A stretch of 64,000 bases of DNA from a candidate division WOR-3 bacterium (GTDB taxonomy: Bacteria; Hydrothermota; Tepidihabitantia; Tepidihabitantales; Tepidihabitantaceae), in NCBI GenBank assembly GCA_965648905.1, contig CBFGIT010000004.1:32001-96000 (forward strand), given 5' to 3'. The position numbers and the translations under genes are program-made. Shown here piece after piece: positions 1 through 10,151 of this stretch. A model generated the notes under the pieces. That model saw only the letters and a list, made by a program, of their open reading frames with translations. It made no database searches and was not told where the DNA came from. Every line of letters starts with the position of its first letter. The first letter of the stretch is position 1.

Positions 1-2
1 AG

Positions 3-1628
3 CCAATTATCGAGGTCTGCCAGGAGCTCGGCATCACCGACCCAAACCTGGTCCTGCCCAACGGCAACTACAAGTGCAAGCTGTCGGTGCGGCTGCTGGA
101 GCAGTTGAAAGAAAGACCGGTGGGCAAGCTGATACTCGTGACTGCGATTACGCCGACCAAGTACGGCGAGGGCAAGACGACCACGGCAATCGGGCTTTCA
201 ATGGCGTTCAACCGGCTGGGCAAGCGCTCGATTGTTGTGCTGCGTCAGCCATCGCTCGGGCCGGTCTTTGGTATCAAGGGTGGTGCCGCGGGTGGCGGCT
301 ACTCACAGGTGCTTCCCATGGAGGACATCAACCTGCACTTCACCGGCGACTTCCATGCGGTCACGTCTGCTCACAACCTGCTCTCGGCGATGCTCGACAA
401 CTCGATTCACTTCGACAATTCGCTGCATATTGATCCCCGGGAAATCGTATTTCCCCGGACAATCGACATGAACGACCGGGTGCTGCGCACGATGGTAGTT
501 GGCCTGGGCGGCCGAGCTGACGGCCCGGCACGAGAAGACAGTTGCGTCATTACCGCAGCGTCCGAAATAATGGCGATACTGGCGCTGGCGCGGGACCGGG
601 CCGACTTGAAGCAGCGTCTGGCGCGGATTCTTGTGGCCCTGCGCTATGACGACAGCCCGGTCACAGCTCAGGACCTGGGCGCAACCGGAGCCATGGCCGT
701 GCTCCTGAAAGACGCCGTCAAGCCTAATCTTGTTCAGACGACCGAGAACACACCGGCCCTGGTCCACTGCGGGCCGTTTGCCAACATCGCCCACGGCACG
801 GCCAGCATCATCGCCACCAACGCGGCGCTCAAACTGTCTGAGTACGTAGTCATTGAGGCGGGGTTCGGGTCAGACCTTGGCGCTGAGAAGTTTGTCGACA
901 TCGTTGCGCCGCTTGCCGGCTGGGAAGTCTCGGCCTGCGTGCTCGTGGCCACAGTTCGTGCGCTCAAACATCAGGGCGGCGCGCGCGACGCGCGTAAAGG
1001 AACTCTGACCCACCTTTGGGGCGGCATGTCGAACCTGAAGCGGCACATCGAGAACTGCCGCACCCTGGGACTTGAACCGGTTGTCTGCCTGAACCGGTTC
1101 AGCGATGACAAAGACGATGACATCAGGCTGGTTCAGGAGTACTGCCGCGAGCAGAAAGTACCCTGTCCGGTCAGCACCGGGTTCGCCGACGGCGGTCAGG
1201 GGTGTCTGGACCTTGCCGCCGCGGTCGAACAGCAGATCGAAGAACGGCCCGGCCAGGCACAGCCGCTGTATGACCGAACCGCACCGGTGGAGGCCAAAAT
1301 CGAGACCGTGGCGCAGCACATCTACGGCGCAACTCAGGTTGTGTACACGCCTAGGGCCGAGCGGGAAATCAAGCGCATCTCCAGCCTGGGCTGCGACAAG
1401 CTGCCGATCTGCATCGCCAAGACCCCGCTCTCGTTCTCCGACGACCCGGATTGCATCGGCGTCTGCTCAGGATTCAAGATCACCATTTCTGCGGTCCACA
1501 TCCGGGCCGGAGCCGGTTATCTTGTCCCGGTTGCGGGCGAGATCGAACTGCTACCCGGCCTGGCCAAGCGACCCAACGCCGTCAAGATTGATATCGCGGA
1601 CGACGGCAGGATAAGCGGACTGTCCTAG
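3..1628 (+). CDS. fhs: Formate--tetrahydrofolate ligase (5'-truncated by window edge)
   Basis: TAITPTKYGEGKTT, GIKGGAAGGGYSQV, GPFANIAHG and EAGFGSDLGAEKF motifs; frame is open from position 3, upstream of the listed ORF start at 87. Confidence 0.97.
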   Translation, partial: PIIEVCQELGITDPNLVLPNGNYKCKLSVRLLEQLKERPVGKLILVTAITPTKYGEGKTTTAIGLSMAFNRLGKRSIVVLRQPSLGPVFGIKGGAAGGGYSQVLPMEDINLHFTGDFHAVTSAHNLLSAMLDNSIHFDNSLHIDPREIVFPRTIDMNDRVLRTMVVGLGGRADGPAREDSCVITAASEIMAILALARDRADLKQRLARILVALRYDDSPVTAQDLGATGAMAVLLKDAVKPNLVQTTENTPALVHCGPFANIAHGTASIIATNAALKLSEYVVIEAGFGSDLGAEKFVDIVAPLAGWEVSACVLVATVRALKHQGGARDARKGTLTHLWGGMSNLKRHIENCRTLGLEPVVCLNRFSDDKDDDIRLVQEYCREQKVPCPVSTGFADGGQGCLDLAAAVEQQIEERPGQAQPLYDRTAPVEAKIETVAQHIYGATQVVYTPRAEREIKRISSLGCDKLPICIAKTPLSFSDDPDCIGVCSGFKITISAVHIRAGAGYLVPVAGEIELLPGLAKRPNAVKIDIADDGRISGLS

Positions 1629-1633
1629 GCAGG

Positions 1634-2575
1634 ATGCAGAAGCCGTCGGTGAATTACCGCAACGCCGGGGTGCGGCAGGAGATTCTCATCCGGCAGCGGC
1701 GGGGCATGTGGACGCCGGAGCAGATTGGGAGTCTTGCCCGTCACTTTGGCCTGAGGCCGGGCATGAAGCTGCTCGACGCCGGGTGCGGCTACGGCTACGC
1801 GATGAGGACGTGGGGCAGGTTCTGTATGCCGCGTGGACAACTGGTCGGGCTGGACCGGGACCGAAAGCTCCTAACTCAGGCAGCCCGATTCTGCCGTAAG
1901 GAAGGCTTGAGCAGCTCGGTCGAATTCGTCCACAGCGACATCTGCGTCATGCCATTCGATGACGACCGGTTCGATGTAAGCATGGCATCAGTCGTTCTCT
2001 GTCACCTGGCCGAGCCCGAGCGTGCTCTTGATGAGATGACACGAGTCACTCGACCAGGCGGGTGCGTCGTCGTGTTTGACAACGCTGCGGCCGGAGGACG
2101 GGAGAACCAATGGTCGAACTGGAGCGAGCCCACGCGCGCCGAAAGCCTGCTTAAGTACGAACGAACCTGGTCCTGGATTACCGGACGCAGGAAGCTCAGA
2201 CAGGGCGACCTCTCGGTCGGCTGCTATATGCCGAGCTGGATGGAGGCACGGGGACTCAAGCATGTGGACGTGCGAATGAACGAGCGGGTCTGCTGGATTG
2301 CGCCACCGTATCGCTCTGAAGGTCAGCAGATTTTTCTGCAGAACGCGAGGGAGCAAGTCCGTACGTATCGACGGTTCACCTGGCCGGACCAAGGCGAGCG
2401 AGCGCGACTTCGCGCCGGTGGGATGACCGCGAGGAAAATCGAAAGAGCCCGACAGCAGATGATGGCGGCAAGTCGCCGGTTTCGCCAGGCGATGAAAGCC
2501 GGCACGGCTGCCTTCGCCTTCTCCATGCCGTTCTGGTGCATCTGGGGCTTCAAGCCGGGCCGAGACCGGGTCTAG
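1634..2575 (+). CDS. Class I SAM-dependent methyltransferase
   Basis: LLDAGCGYG motif I; LDEMTRVTRPGG. Confidence 0.88.
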   Translation: MQKPSVNYRNAGVRQEILIRQRRGMWTPEQIGSLARHFGLRPGMKLLDAGCGYGYAMRTWGRFCMPRGQLVGLDRDRKLLTQAARFCRKEGLSSSVEFVHSDICVMPFDDDRFDVSMASVVLCHLAEPERALDEMTRVTRPGGCVVVFDNAAAGGRENQWSNWSEPTRAESLLKYERTWSWITGRRKLRQGDLSVGCYMPSWMEARGLKHVDVRMNERVCWIAPPYRSEGQQIFLQNAREQVRTYRRFTWPDQGERARLRAGGMTARKIERARQQMMAASRRFRQAMKAGTAAFAFSMPFWCIWGFKPGRDRV

Positions 2576-3192
2576 AGGTCCGGCTCAGGCTCCTTGATGA
2601 CGCGCTGAATCGTGTCGGGTGAGAATCCGCGGCGGGCAAGAAGGGCATAGAGCCGTCGTCTGAGCACCGCGGGTTCAAGCCGCCGGTTGCGTTCAAGATA
2701 CTTCCCGGCAACTGCCTTGGCAGCAGCGACTTCATCCGGCGCCTGAGCCAGAGCTGCTTCCAGGTGCTCCTGGGACACGCCGCGCTTTGTCAGTTCCTGC
2801 CGCACGCGCCAGCGGCCTTTGTGTCCGATGTTCACCCGGTCCTGGACAAACTGCCGGGCATAGCCTTCGTCATCCACCATCCTGAGCTCGGCCAGCCGGT
2901 CGAGAGTTGACTGCACGATTTCGGCCGAAAAACCCTTGCGCGTGAGGCGCTGGCTCAGTTCGGCCGAGGTGCGCGCCTTGTACGAAAGGAGCAGGAAAGC
3001 GTAGTTGCGGGCTTCGAGGGTCTGTTCTTCGCGGGCAATTCGCTCGAGATCGGCTGGGCTGAGCTCCAGTCCCGGCGCAAGCCTGAGCGCGGCAACCGTG
3101 TTATGCGAAAGCCCGAGCCAGAACCGGCCGTCGATGAAGACCGAGACCCGCCGCTTATTTCTTCTTTGCGGCTGGAGCGCGGTTATCCTCAT
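2572..3192 (-). CDS. recX: Regulatory protein RecX
   Basis: RVSVFIDG N-terminus, [11 protein letters not shown] and LARRGFS motifs; directly downstream of recA. Confidence 0.93.
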   Translation of the reverse strand: MRITALQPQRRNKRRVSVFIDGRFWLGLSHNTVAALRLAPGLELSPADLERIAREEQTLEARNYAFLLLSYKARTSAELSQRLTRKGFSAEIVQSTLDRLAELRMVDDEGYARQFVQDRVNIGHKGRWRVRQELTKRGVSQEHLEAALAQAPDEVAAAKAVAGKYLERNRRLEPAVLRRRLYALLARRGFSPDTIQRVIKEPEPDL

Positions 3193-4216
3193 CAGCAGCC
3201 GGAACAGGCTTGGCCGGCCTCGGTATCTTCAACTTCTCGTAGAGCTGGGCCTCAGCCTTCTTGGCAACGGTCGGATTCTGCTCCAGAAACTCAATCGACG
3301 CGTCCCGACCCTGGCCGATGCGCATCTCGCCGAACGCGTACCAGGTCCCGGACTTGGCAAAGACTCCCTGTTCGGTGCCGATGTCAAGCAGTTCTGCCAT
3401 CCGCGAAATGCCTTTGCCGTAAATCAGGTCGAACTCAGCCTCGCGGAACGGCGGCGCGACCTTGTTCTTCACCACCTTGACCCGGGTTCGGCTGCCGATG
3501 ACCTCCTCGCCCTTCTTGATTGCCAGGATGCGGCGGATGTCGAAGCGCATCGTGGCATAGAACTTGAGCGCCAGCCCGCCGGTTGTCGTTTCCGGGTTGC
3601 CGAACATCACGCCGATTTTCTGCCTTATCTGGTTAGTGAAGATGCCGCAGGTCTTGGTGCGGGCGGCAACACCCGAGAGTTTGCGCATTGCTTGGGACAT
3701 GAGCCGCGCCTGAACCCCGACAAAAGCGTCACCCATTTCGCCCTCAATCTCGGCGCGCGGCACCAGGGCCGCGACCGAGTCGATGACAAACAGGTCTAGC
3801 CCTCCAGAACGGGTCAGCACTTCGGCAATCTCCAGCGCCTGCTCGCCCGAATCAGGCTGAGAAACAAGCAGCTTCTCCAGGTCTACCCCAAGGGCCTGGG
3901 CATAGGTGGAATCGAGCGCGTTCTCGGCATCGATGAACGCCGCAGTGCCGCCCAGTTTCTGGCACTGGGCGATAATCGAGAGCACCAGCGTGGTTTTGCC
4001 CGAGCCTTCAGGCCCGTAAATCTCGACAAACCGGCCGCGCGGCACGCCGCCGATACCTAGGACTGCGTCCAGGCCGATAGAGCCGGTCGGAATCGCCTCG
4101 ACCTGAGCCACCGGGGCCTCACCGCCGAGTCGCATCACCGAACCTTTGCCATACTGCTTTTCAATCTGAGCAAGAGCACTCACGAGCGCCTTTGATTTCT
4201 CGTCTTCTTTGGGCAT
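3155..4216 (-). CDS. recA: Recombinase RecA
   Basis: [31 protein letters not shown] and KNKVAPPF motifs. Confidence 0.99.
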   Translation of the reverse strand: MPKEDEKSKALVSALAQIEKQYGKGSVMRLGGEAPVAQVEAIPTGSIGLDAVLGIGGVPRGRFVEIYGPEGSGKTTLVLSIIAQCQKLGGTAAFIDAENALDSTYAQALGVDLEKLLVSQPDSGEQALEIAEVLTRSGGLDLFVIDSVAALVPRAEIEGEMGDAFVGVQARLMSQAMRKLSGVAARTKTCGIFTNQIRQKIGVMFGNPETTTGGLALKFYATMRFDIRRILAIKKGEEVIGSRTRVKVVKNKVAPPFREAEFDLIYGKGISRMAELLDIGTEQGVFAKSGTWYAFGEMRIGQGRDASIEFLEQNPTVAKKAEAQLYEKLKIPRPAKPVPAADEDNRAPAAKKK

Positions 4217-4244
4217 TCCGCCTCCGTTTCAAGTAGTTTGCGAC

Positions 4245-4272
4245 AGTATAGGTTTGGCCCTGCCTAAGTCAA
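4245..4272 (-). promoter_or_regulatory. Sigma70-type promoter for recA
   Basis: TTGACT-N16-TATACT on the minus strand, followed by a GGAGG RBS. Confidence 0.65.
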
Positions 4273-4724
4273 GCTATCTTACCGGCCCGCACCGGCTTGA
4301 ATCTTGAGTTTTGACTTGCGCGACCCGCACACACCGCGTTCTTCTCAATGTCATACAGCCTGAACCGCACTGCCTTCATCCGGACAGCCAGCTTCGGTTC
4401 AGCCACCTTGAGCACCTCCTCAAGTACCCGCGAGGCCTCCTCGGCCCGCTTGAAGTTCGCCAGCAGCACATCCTCAAGGTTGCTGCGGCCGGTGCGGTCG
4501 AACCGGTCCCCGCGTCCCAAATCAGACCCGCTGTCCCGGCCGGCAATTACCCTGCGCCGGAGCACGCGGGTTTCAACGCTCACCCGGGTCCTCAGGCTCC
4601 TGATGCTTGCCAGCAGTCGTGGCCGCTCAAGTCCAAGTCGGACCACGTCCTCGACCACCCGCAGTCCTTCGGTCAGCCGGTTCAGGTTGACGTCGATGAT
4701 GCGGCTGATGCGGCGCTCGTCCAT
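4269..4724 (-). CDS. ThiD2-like protein (standalone N-terminal domain of thiamine-phosphate synthase fusions)
   Basis: RIIDVNLNRLTEGLRVVED and ANFKRAEEASRVLEE...RFRLYDIEK motifs. Confidence 0.8.
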   Translation of the reverse strand: MDERRISRIIDVNLNRLTEGLRVVEDVVRLGLERPRLLASIRSLRTRVSVETRVLRRRVIAGRDSGSDLGRGDRFDRTGRSNLEDVLLANFKRAEEASRVLEEVLKVAEPKLAVRMKAVRFRLYDIEKNAVCAGRASQNSRFKPVRAGKIA

Positions 4725-4733
4725 GAACCTGCC

Positions 4734-4762
4734 AGCTTAGAACTCCGGGCGGACAAAGTCAA
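4734..4762 (-). promoter_or_regulatory. Promoter of ThiD2-like gene (near-leaderless)
   Basis: TTGACT-N17-TAAGCT, 9 nt before the ATG. Confidence 0.55.
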
Positions 4763-4770
4763 GCCCGGCC
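4749..4770 (+). repeat. 22-bp direct repeat, copy 1
   Basis: GCGGACAAAGTCAAGCCCGGCC, identical to 6357-6378. Confidence 0.9.
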
Positions 4771-4817
4771 TGCGCACGGTTCGACGCCGCCCGGGCACGA
4801 GCGGCAGACACTGGACG

Positions 4818-4845
4818 TTGACAGCGGTCTCCACGACCATAGAAT
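4818..4845 (+). promoter_or_regulatory. Sigma70-type promoter
   Basis: TTGACA-N16-TAGAAT upstream of the AGGAG RBS of the 4906 gene. Confidence 0.65.
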
Positions 4846-4905
4846 CCTGTTCGTGATGCTCGGCGCATCAGGAGCCAGACCATCGATGACACGCAGAGGA
4901 GACTG

Positions 4906-6345
4906 ATGCGGATACCATTCAGGTTGTTGACCGCCTGTTTGCTCTGCGGGTCGTTCCTACTCAGCTCTCCCGGCCGCGCGCAGGATACTGTCTGGACCCG
5001 GCGATTTGACACCGGCCAGTATGACTACGCCTCGGGCGGGGCCAGAGACGGCAGTGGCGAACTGACAGTGACCGGATGGAGTTCAGACCAACCCATCACT
5101 TGGGGAGCCATGGCCCTGACCGTGAAGTACGGCCCTGACGGCGATACCGTCTGGTCCCGAGTCTATGACAGCGATTACGATGACGTGCCTGAAGGGGTTG
5201 CCGTTGACGCTGAGGGCAACGTTGTGGTTGTTGGATGGTTCTGCGCCGACGGGTTCACAGGCTCGGAGGTGCTGAAGTACGACCCCAACGGCGGGCTTCT
5301 GTGGGCGCGGCTCGATTCATCCGACGCGAACCCCGAGCTGGCCGGAGTTGTCGTCGACGACTCGATGAACATCATCGCCTGCGGTATGGCTGAACTGCAC
5401 TTGCATGATGTCCTGTTGGTGAAGTACTCGCCGAGCGGCGAGTCGCTATGGGCCAGGACCTTTGACTTCGGCGGGCGGCCCCACCAGGAGTTCATTGTCG
5501 TGAAGCTCGACCACACCGGCAACATCGTCTGCGCCGGTGTTGCCGGGGACTACTCCAGCCACGACGTGCTGACGGCGAAATTCGGCCCTGGCGGCGAGTT
5601 CATCTGGTCGAGCCGGCTCGACTTCGGCGCGGACGAAACTGGGGGCTCTGTAGCAATCGATGCCGCCAACAACATTATTGTCGCCGGAAGCGCAGGCCAG
5701 CCTGACGGCTCACGGGCCGGTCTGGCAGTGAAGTACACCCCGGGTGGAGACACGGTTTGGTCAAGGCTCTACCGGCTGGATGACGTTGTCTGGCTGGGTG
5801 GCCTGGCGCTTGACCGTGCCGGCAACATCCTGATGACGGGAACGACGGTTGACACGGGCTCAGGGCAGCGGAGGTACAGGTGTCTGGTGATGATGTGCGA
5901 CTCAATGGGAGACACAGTCTGGACATGGCGTTACGACCCGGGGAGCAACACGTTTGGATGCAACCTAGCGCTTGATGACTCCGGGCATATCTACGTCTTC
6001 GGACGTGCCACAGATGCGGACGACGACTATCTGCTCGTAAAGCTGCGGTATGAGTCCGGCATTCAGGACCGAGCGGCAGCACACTGGCCGGGCGGGTCGT
6101 CGATATGCCTGGGGTCGAGCGTCGTACGCCGCGGTAGTCTGCTTCGGCTGCGGCTCCCCGGAGATGGTCAGCACGAAGTCGCCTTGTTTGATGCGCTTGG
6201 GCAGAAAGCCCGGCTGGCTCGCTCCACTCGGGCCGGCCCGGGAATGCTTGACTTCGGTCTTGGGCAACTCCGGGCCGGGGTGTACGTGCTGAGAGTCACG
6301 ACTGGGGGGCGGACCGAGTCGCAGCGGCTGGTTCTTGTCGAGTGA
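4906..6345 (+). CDS. Secreted SBBP/delta-60-like beta-propeller protein with T9SS-type C-terminal domain
   Basis: Signal peptide; repeated VKY.P.GDTVWSR and AVD..GNI units; C-terminal LRAGVYVLRV. Confidence 0.8.
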   Translation: MRIPFRLLTACLLCGSFLLSSPGRAQDTVWTRRFDTGQYDYASGGARDGSGELTVTGWSSDQPITWGAMALTVKYGPDGDTVWSRVYDSDYDDVPEGVAVDAEGNVVVVGWFCADGFTGSEVLKYDPNGGLLWARLDSSDANPELAGVVVDDSMNIIACGMAELHLHDVLLVKYSPSGESLWARTFDFGGRPHQEFIVVKLDHTGNIVCAGVAGDYSSHDVLTAKFGPGGEFIWSSRLDFGADETGGSVAIDAANNIIVAGSAGQPDGSRAGLAVKYTPGGDTVWSRLYRLDDVVWLGGLALDRAGNILMTGTTVDTGSGQRRYRCLVMMCDSMGDTVWTWRYDPGSNTFGCNLALDDSGHIYVFGRATDADDDYLLVKLRYESGIQDRAAAHWPGGSSICLGSSVVRRGSLLRLRLPGDGQHEVALFDALGQKARLARSTRAGPGMLDFGLGQLRAGVYVLRVTTGGRTESQRLVLVE

Positions 6346-6356
6346 CGGACGGTCAC

Positions 6357-6378
6357 GCGGACAAAGTCAAGCCCGGCC
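6357..6378 (+). repeat. 22-bp direct repeat, copy 2
   Basis: Identical to 4749-4770. Confidence 0.9.
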
Positions 6379-7163
6379 CGCATTACCGAACCCGAGACCG
6401 AACCGCCAGGAATCCCGCCGCGCAGCAGGGCGCCACTACCAGCGGACGGCGCCAAGACATCGAACCGCAGCTCATTGTAATGAGTTGATGTTGTCAACAG
6501 GTTCTCCGGCAGGCTCCCAGATGCGCGGGGCGCGAATCGGAACGTCGTCAGCGAACGGAACAGGCACCGGCTTGGCTTGACGCCTTAGTAAATAGGTAAC
6601 GTCCCTATTTGTCAAAGCAGACGCGCGAGCGCGTGAGCTGCTCGGGTGCGGGACCGGGGCGAAAAGCAGGCAGCAGCCTTGTAGTATCGGCTGGCAGAAT
6701 CACCATATCTTGTGCGGGCGCTGGTGCGCCTGAAGGCAGGGTCGAGCCTGGTCTTAGGCGGGCCGGGTGTCCTAAGTCACTTATCTGCATGGCTTAGACC
6801 TTCAGTTCGGCTTGGGCGTCTGCGTTCAGGCCTGCTTCGGGGGGCGAGTGGGGGAGTGGCTCCCCCCTCCAGTGGTGTGGGCACTTTGGGCGGTGTTGCC
6901 GAGGCCACGGCTGTGTCCAGAATCGCGAGCGGGTGCGACGGCGTTGGGCGCGGCAGGGTTGCTTGCGCGCAGCGTTACGGTTGGCCTTGCAGAGCGCCCG
7001 ACACGGAAGGTTGCAGCCGAGGGCGCGAGGCCGAAAGCAGACTGCTCTGCGTGCTGGTCAGCACGCCTGAGTGCGCTCTCGACTGCGCTGGGCGCAATGC
7101 AGCGGCTCAGGCCCGGCGCAGAGACTTGACAGTTGGCCGGTGCAGGCTACATTGATAGGTACT

Positions 7164-8531
7164 ATGCGACAAGCGCTTCTGACTCTTGCGGTCTGGGCCC
7201 TGGCCTACGGGCAGACGGTGGAGACACCGGTCAGCTTTGACGCGCAGGGCAGGGTATTCAAGCTCACGCCCGAATTGAACCGGGCAGCGAGCGTGTTCCC
7301 TGAGGTCTCCGATTTCGACCATCTGGAAATCTGGCAGACCGACACCGTGTTCCGGCTTGAGGTCTACCAGCGTGACGGCACGCGCCAGAGCCGCCTGCTC
7401 ACCCAAGCTGACCTTGACGTGGTCCGCCGGCGAATGGAATCAAGGGCAGTGGTCGTTCCGCCGGTGCTCGACCAGGAGGGCCGGGGCCGGTTCCTGTTTG
7501 AGCAACTTCCGATTGCGCTCGGCTGGTATGGCACTTCGGTGGTGATAATCCTGCAGCCGCAGGATGCACGCACCGGGGCCGGAGTATACCTGCTGAGCAG
7601 CGCGGCCGGTTACTTTCTGCCCCTGATGTGGACGTCTCATGTCCGATTGACCAATGCTCAGGCGCACCAAAGCGTGTCGTTCGGCTACCGCGGCATCCTC
7701 GGCGGCTTCCTGCTGAGCGATGTGTTTCAGGTGCACGGCGGTGACGATGGGCCAAGGTGGAATGCCATCTTCATGCTTGGCACGAGCGTCGCAGGCCAGT
7801 TCACCGGCCGGGCACTGGCTGACAAGCTGACGCTGGGCCAGTCCACGCTGGTAACGAACTACACCGACTTGGGCACGTTGGGCGGCGCACTGACCGGGCT
7901 GATAGTCACTTGGACCGCCTTCCGGGATGACTTCAACTCGACGCCGCTTTCCGCGCTCACGCTGCTCGGTATGGCGGGCGGGGTCATTGCCGGCAATCGC
8001 CGCGCCCAACACTGGAACTGCACTGAGGGTCAGGTTATCGCTGACCGTGCTGGCGGCCTGGTTGGCGCACTCGTGCTGCCGGCACTCTACTATGCCGCGA
8101 CCGGTGCACAACTGCTGCACCGTGACGGTGACGGGGCAGACCTGGAGGTGCTCTCGGCCCTGGCAATCGGCGGTGCAGTGGCCGGAACGTGGTGGACCGA
8201 GTCCCGACTCCGCGAACTGCCGCTCAGCACGAGCAGCGGCTATATTGTCGCGGGCACGGCGGTCGGCGGCGGGCTTGTCGGCGCCGGGTTGGGCTTTGTC
8301 CTGAATACCAGCGAACCTGAGCGACGCTGGGTTGCCGCGACCACGGCCGCAGGTGGTCTGGCCGGATTCTTGGGCGGGCTGAGACTGGTGCAGGGCCTGG
8401 AGCCAGCGGCCCGGACCGACCGTGCCCGGTTCAGGCTTGAGCTGAACCACGGCGCACTGCTGGGCGCAGTTGCGGAGTACGCCAGCCGGCGGTCTTTCCG
8501 AGCGCCGGGCCTTGTGACACTCAGCTTCTAA
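7164..8531 (+). CDS. Hypothetical Gly-rich membrane protein with signal peptide
   Basis: ATG 7164 begins MRQALLTLAVWALAYG; multiple hydrophobic helices; TTGACA-N16-TACATT promoter at 7126. Confidence 0.7.
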   Translation: MRQALLTLAVWALAYGQTVETPVSFDAQGRVFKLTPELNRAASVFPEVSDFDHLEIWQTDTVFRLEVYQRDGTRQSRLLTQADLDVVRRRMESRAVVVPPVLDQEGRGRFLFEQLPIALGWYGTSVVIILQPQDARTGAGVYLLSSAAGYFLPLMWTSHVRLTNAQAHQSVSFGYRGILGGFLLSDVFQVHGGDDGPRWNAIFMLGTSVAGQFTGRALADKLTLGQSTLVTNYTDLGTLGGALTGLIVTWTAFRDDFNSTPLSALTLLGMAGGVIAGNRRAQHWNCTEGQVIADRAGGLVGALVLPALYYAATGAQLLHRDGDGADLEVLSALAIGGAVAGTWWTESRLRELPLSTSSGYIVAGTAVGGGLVGAGLGFVLNTSEPERRWVAATTAAGGLAGFLGGLRLVQGLEPAARTDRARFRLELNHGALLGAVAEYASRRSFRAPGLVTLSF

Positions 8532-8561
8532 CAGCCGCAGTCCGGCACGGGCTCCGACTTT

Positions 8562-9890
8562 CTACAGTATCGGCAGGTAGCGCCTGATTTCGTACTCGGT
8601 GACCTGGGACTTGTATTCGTCCCACTCGAGTTTCTTGTTGCGGATGAAGTGCTCGAACAGCTCGTCGCCCAGGGTCTCACGCACAAACCGGCTCGACTCG
8701 GCCTGGCGCACGGCATCGTGGAGGTCCAGGGGCAACGAAGTGATACCTGCGGCTTTGCGCTCTTCCGGGGTCATACGGAAGATGTTGTCCGATGTCGGCG
8801 GCCCGAGTTTGAGCTTCTGTTCGATACCCGAAAGCCCGGCGGCGAAGAGACAGGCAAAGGCCAGGTAGGGGTTGCAGGCCGGGTCGGGTGAGCGGTACTC
8901 GGCGCGGCAGGCGTTGGGCCGTCGCTCATCAAACGCGGGCACGCGCACCAGCGCTGACCGGTTCATCTGCGCCCAGGAGACGTAGACCGGCGCTTCGAAA
9001 CCGGGCACGAGGCGCTTGTATGAGTTGACCCACTGATTTGTGACCGCGGTGATTTCGGTGGCACAGCGGAGCAGGCCGGCAATGAACTGCCGGGCAACGT
9101 CGGAAAGGTTCAACGGCTTGCGCGCGTCGAAGAAGGCGTTCCGGCCGTTCCTGAACAGCGACAGATGGACGTGCATGCCTGAGCCGTTGATGCCGAGAAC
9201 CGGCTTGGGCATGAAGCTGACGTGGACGTTGTTGGCCTGGGCCACCTGCTTGGCCACGAAGCGGGCAGTGATGACGTTGTCGGCCATGGTCAGGGCATCA
9301 CAGTAACGCAGGTCGACTTCGTGCTGGCTCTTGGAGACCTCGTGGTGGCCGTACTCGACCGGGACACCCAGGGCTTCAAGCGCATTGATAGTGTCGTGCC
9401 GGACCCGCTCGGCAATCGCGACCGGCGTGATGTCGAAGTAGCCGGAATGGTCTAGGAACTCGGGCTCGGATGAGCTCCTGAAGTAGAAGCACTCAAGCTC
9501 ACAGCCGGCATGGGGCGTGAAACCCAACTTCCGGCAGCGTTCGACCACCCGGCGCAGGACGTGGCGCGGGTCAGAGCCGACCGGTTTGCCCGCGGGCGTC
9601 ATCACGTCGCCGAACATGCGGCCGGCCCGCTCGCCCTGCACTTCCCAGGGCAGGACCGCGAAGGTTGCCGGGTCGGGTCGCACCGTCATATCCGACTCCT
9701 CGACGCGGGCAAAACCTTCAATCGACGAGCCGTCGAATGCCATGCCGTGTTCGAGTGCATGGGCAAGCTGGGTCACCGGGATGGTGACACCCTTGAGGAA
9801 TCCGAGCACGTCGGTGAACCAGAGCTGGACAAACCGGACGTTCTGCTTCTCGACCTGCTTTACGACACTGACGGCACGGTTGGCTTTCAT
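8562..9890 (-). CDS. glnA: Glutamine synthetase type I
   Basis: FDGSSIEGF, FMPKP..GINGSGMHVH, NSYKRLVPGFEAP and RSPDPACNPYL motifs; Phe at the usual adenylylation Tyr position (NIFRM). Confidence 0.97.
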   Translation of the reverse strand: MKANRAVSVVKQVEKQNVRFVQLWFTDVLGFLKGVTIPVTQLAHALEHGMAFDGSSIEGFARVEESDMTVRPDPATFAVLPWEVQGERAGRMFGDVMTPAGKPVGSDPRHVLRRVVERCRKLGFTPHAGCELECFYFRSSSEPEFLDHSGYFDITPVAIAERVRHDTINALEALGVPVEYGHHEVSKSQHEVDLRYCDALTMADNVITARFVAKQVAQANNVHVSFMPKPVLGINGSGMHVHLSLFRNGRNAFFDARKPLNLSDVARQFIAGLLRCATEITAVTNQWVNSYKRLVPGFEAPVYVSWAQMNRSALVRVPAFDERRPNACRAEYRSPDPACNPYLAFACLFAAGLSGIEQKLKLGPPTSDNIFRMTPEERKAAGITSLPLDLHDAVRQAESSRFVRETLGDELFEHFIRNKKLEWDEYKSQVTEYEIRRYLPIL

Positions 9891-9929
9891 ACTTGCTCCT
9901 GTCTTGGTTGCGCTATCGTTTGGGGCGTG

Positions 9930-9958
9930 ATTCTAGTCGCATTTGCCGCATCCGTCAA
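9930..9958 (-). promoter_or_regulatory. glnA promoter
   Basis: TTGACG-N17-TAGAAT. Confidence 0.55.
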
Positions 9959-10151
9959 ACTGCGGGACAGGAGAGTGAGCCTTGACGTCCGAACCGGACT
10001 TGACTTCTTGCCGCAACCGGCTAGTCTTATCGCCCGGCTCAGTGAAAGTCACTCTGATGTTTCCGAACAACGGAGTCCGAGTCGGCTCGACTCAGGCTCC
10101 ATAACCCCTGTTTCAGCAACACCTTAGGTCATTGGCAAAGGAGCTAGAAGA

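Noticed and set aside
4217..4268. LexA/SOS box upstream of recA
   Set aside because: No convincing match to CTGT-N8-ACAG or GAAC-N4-GTTC
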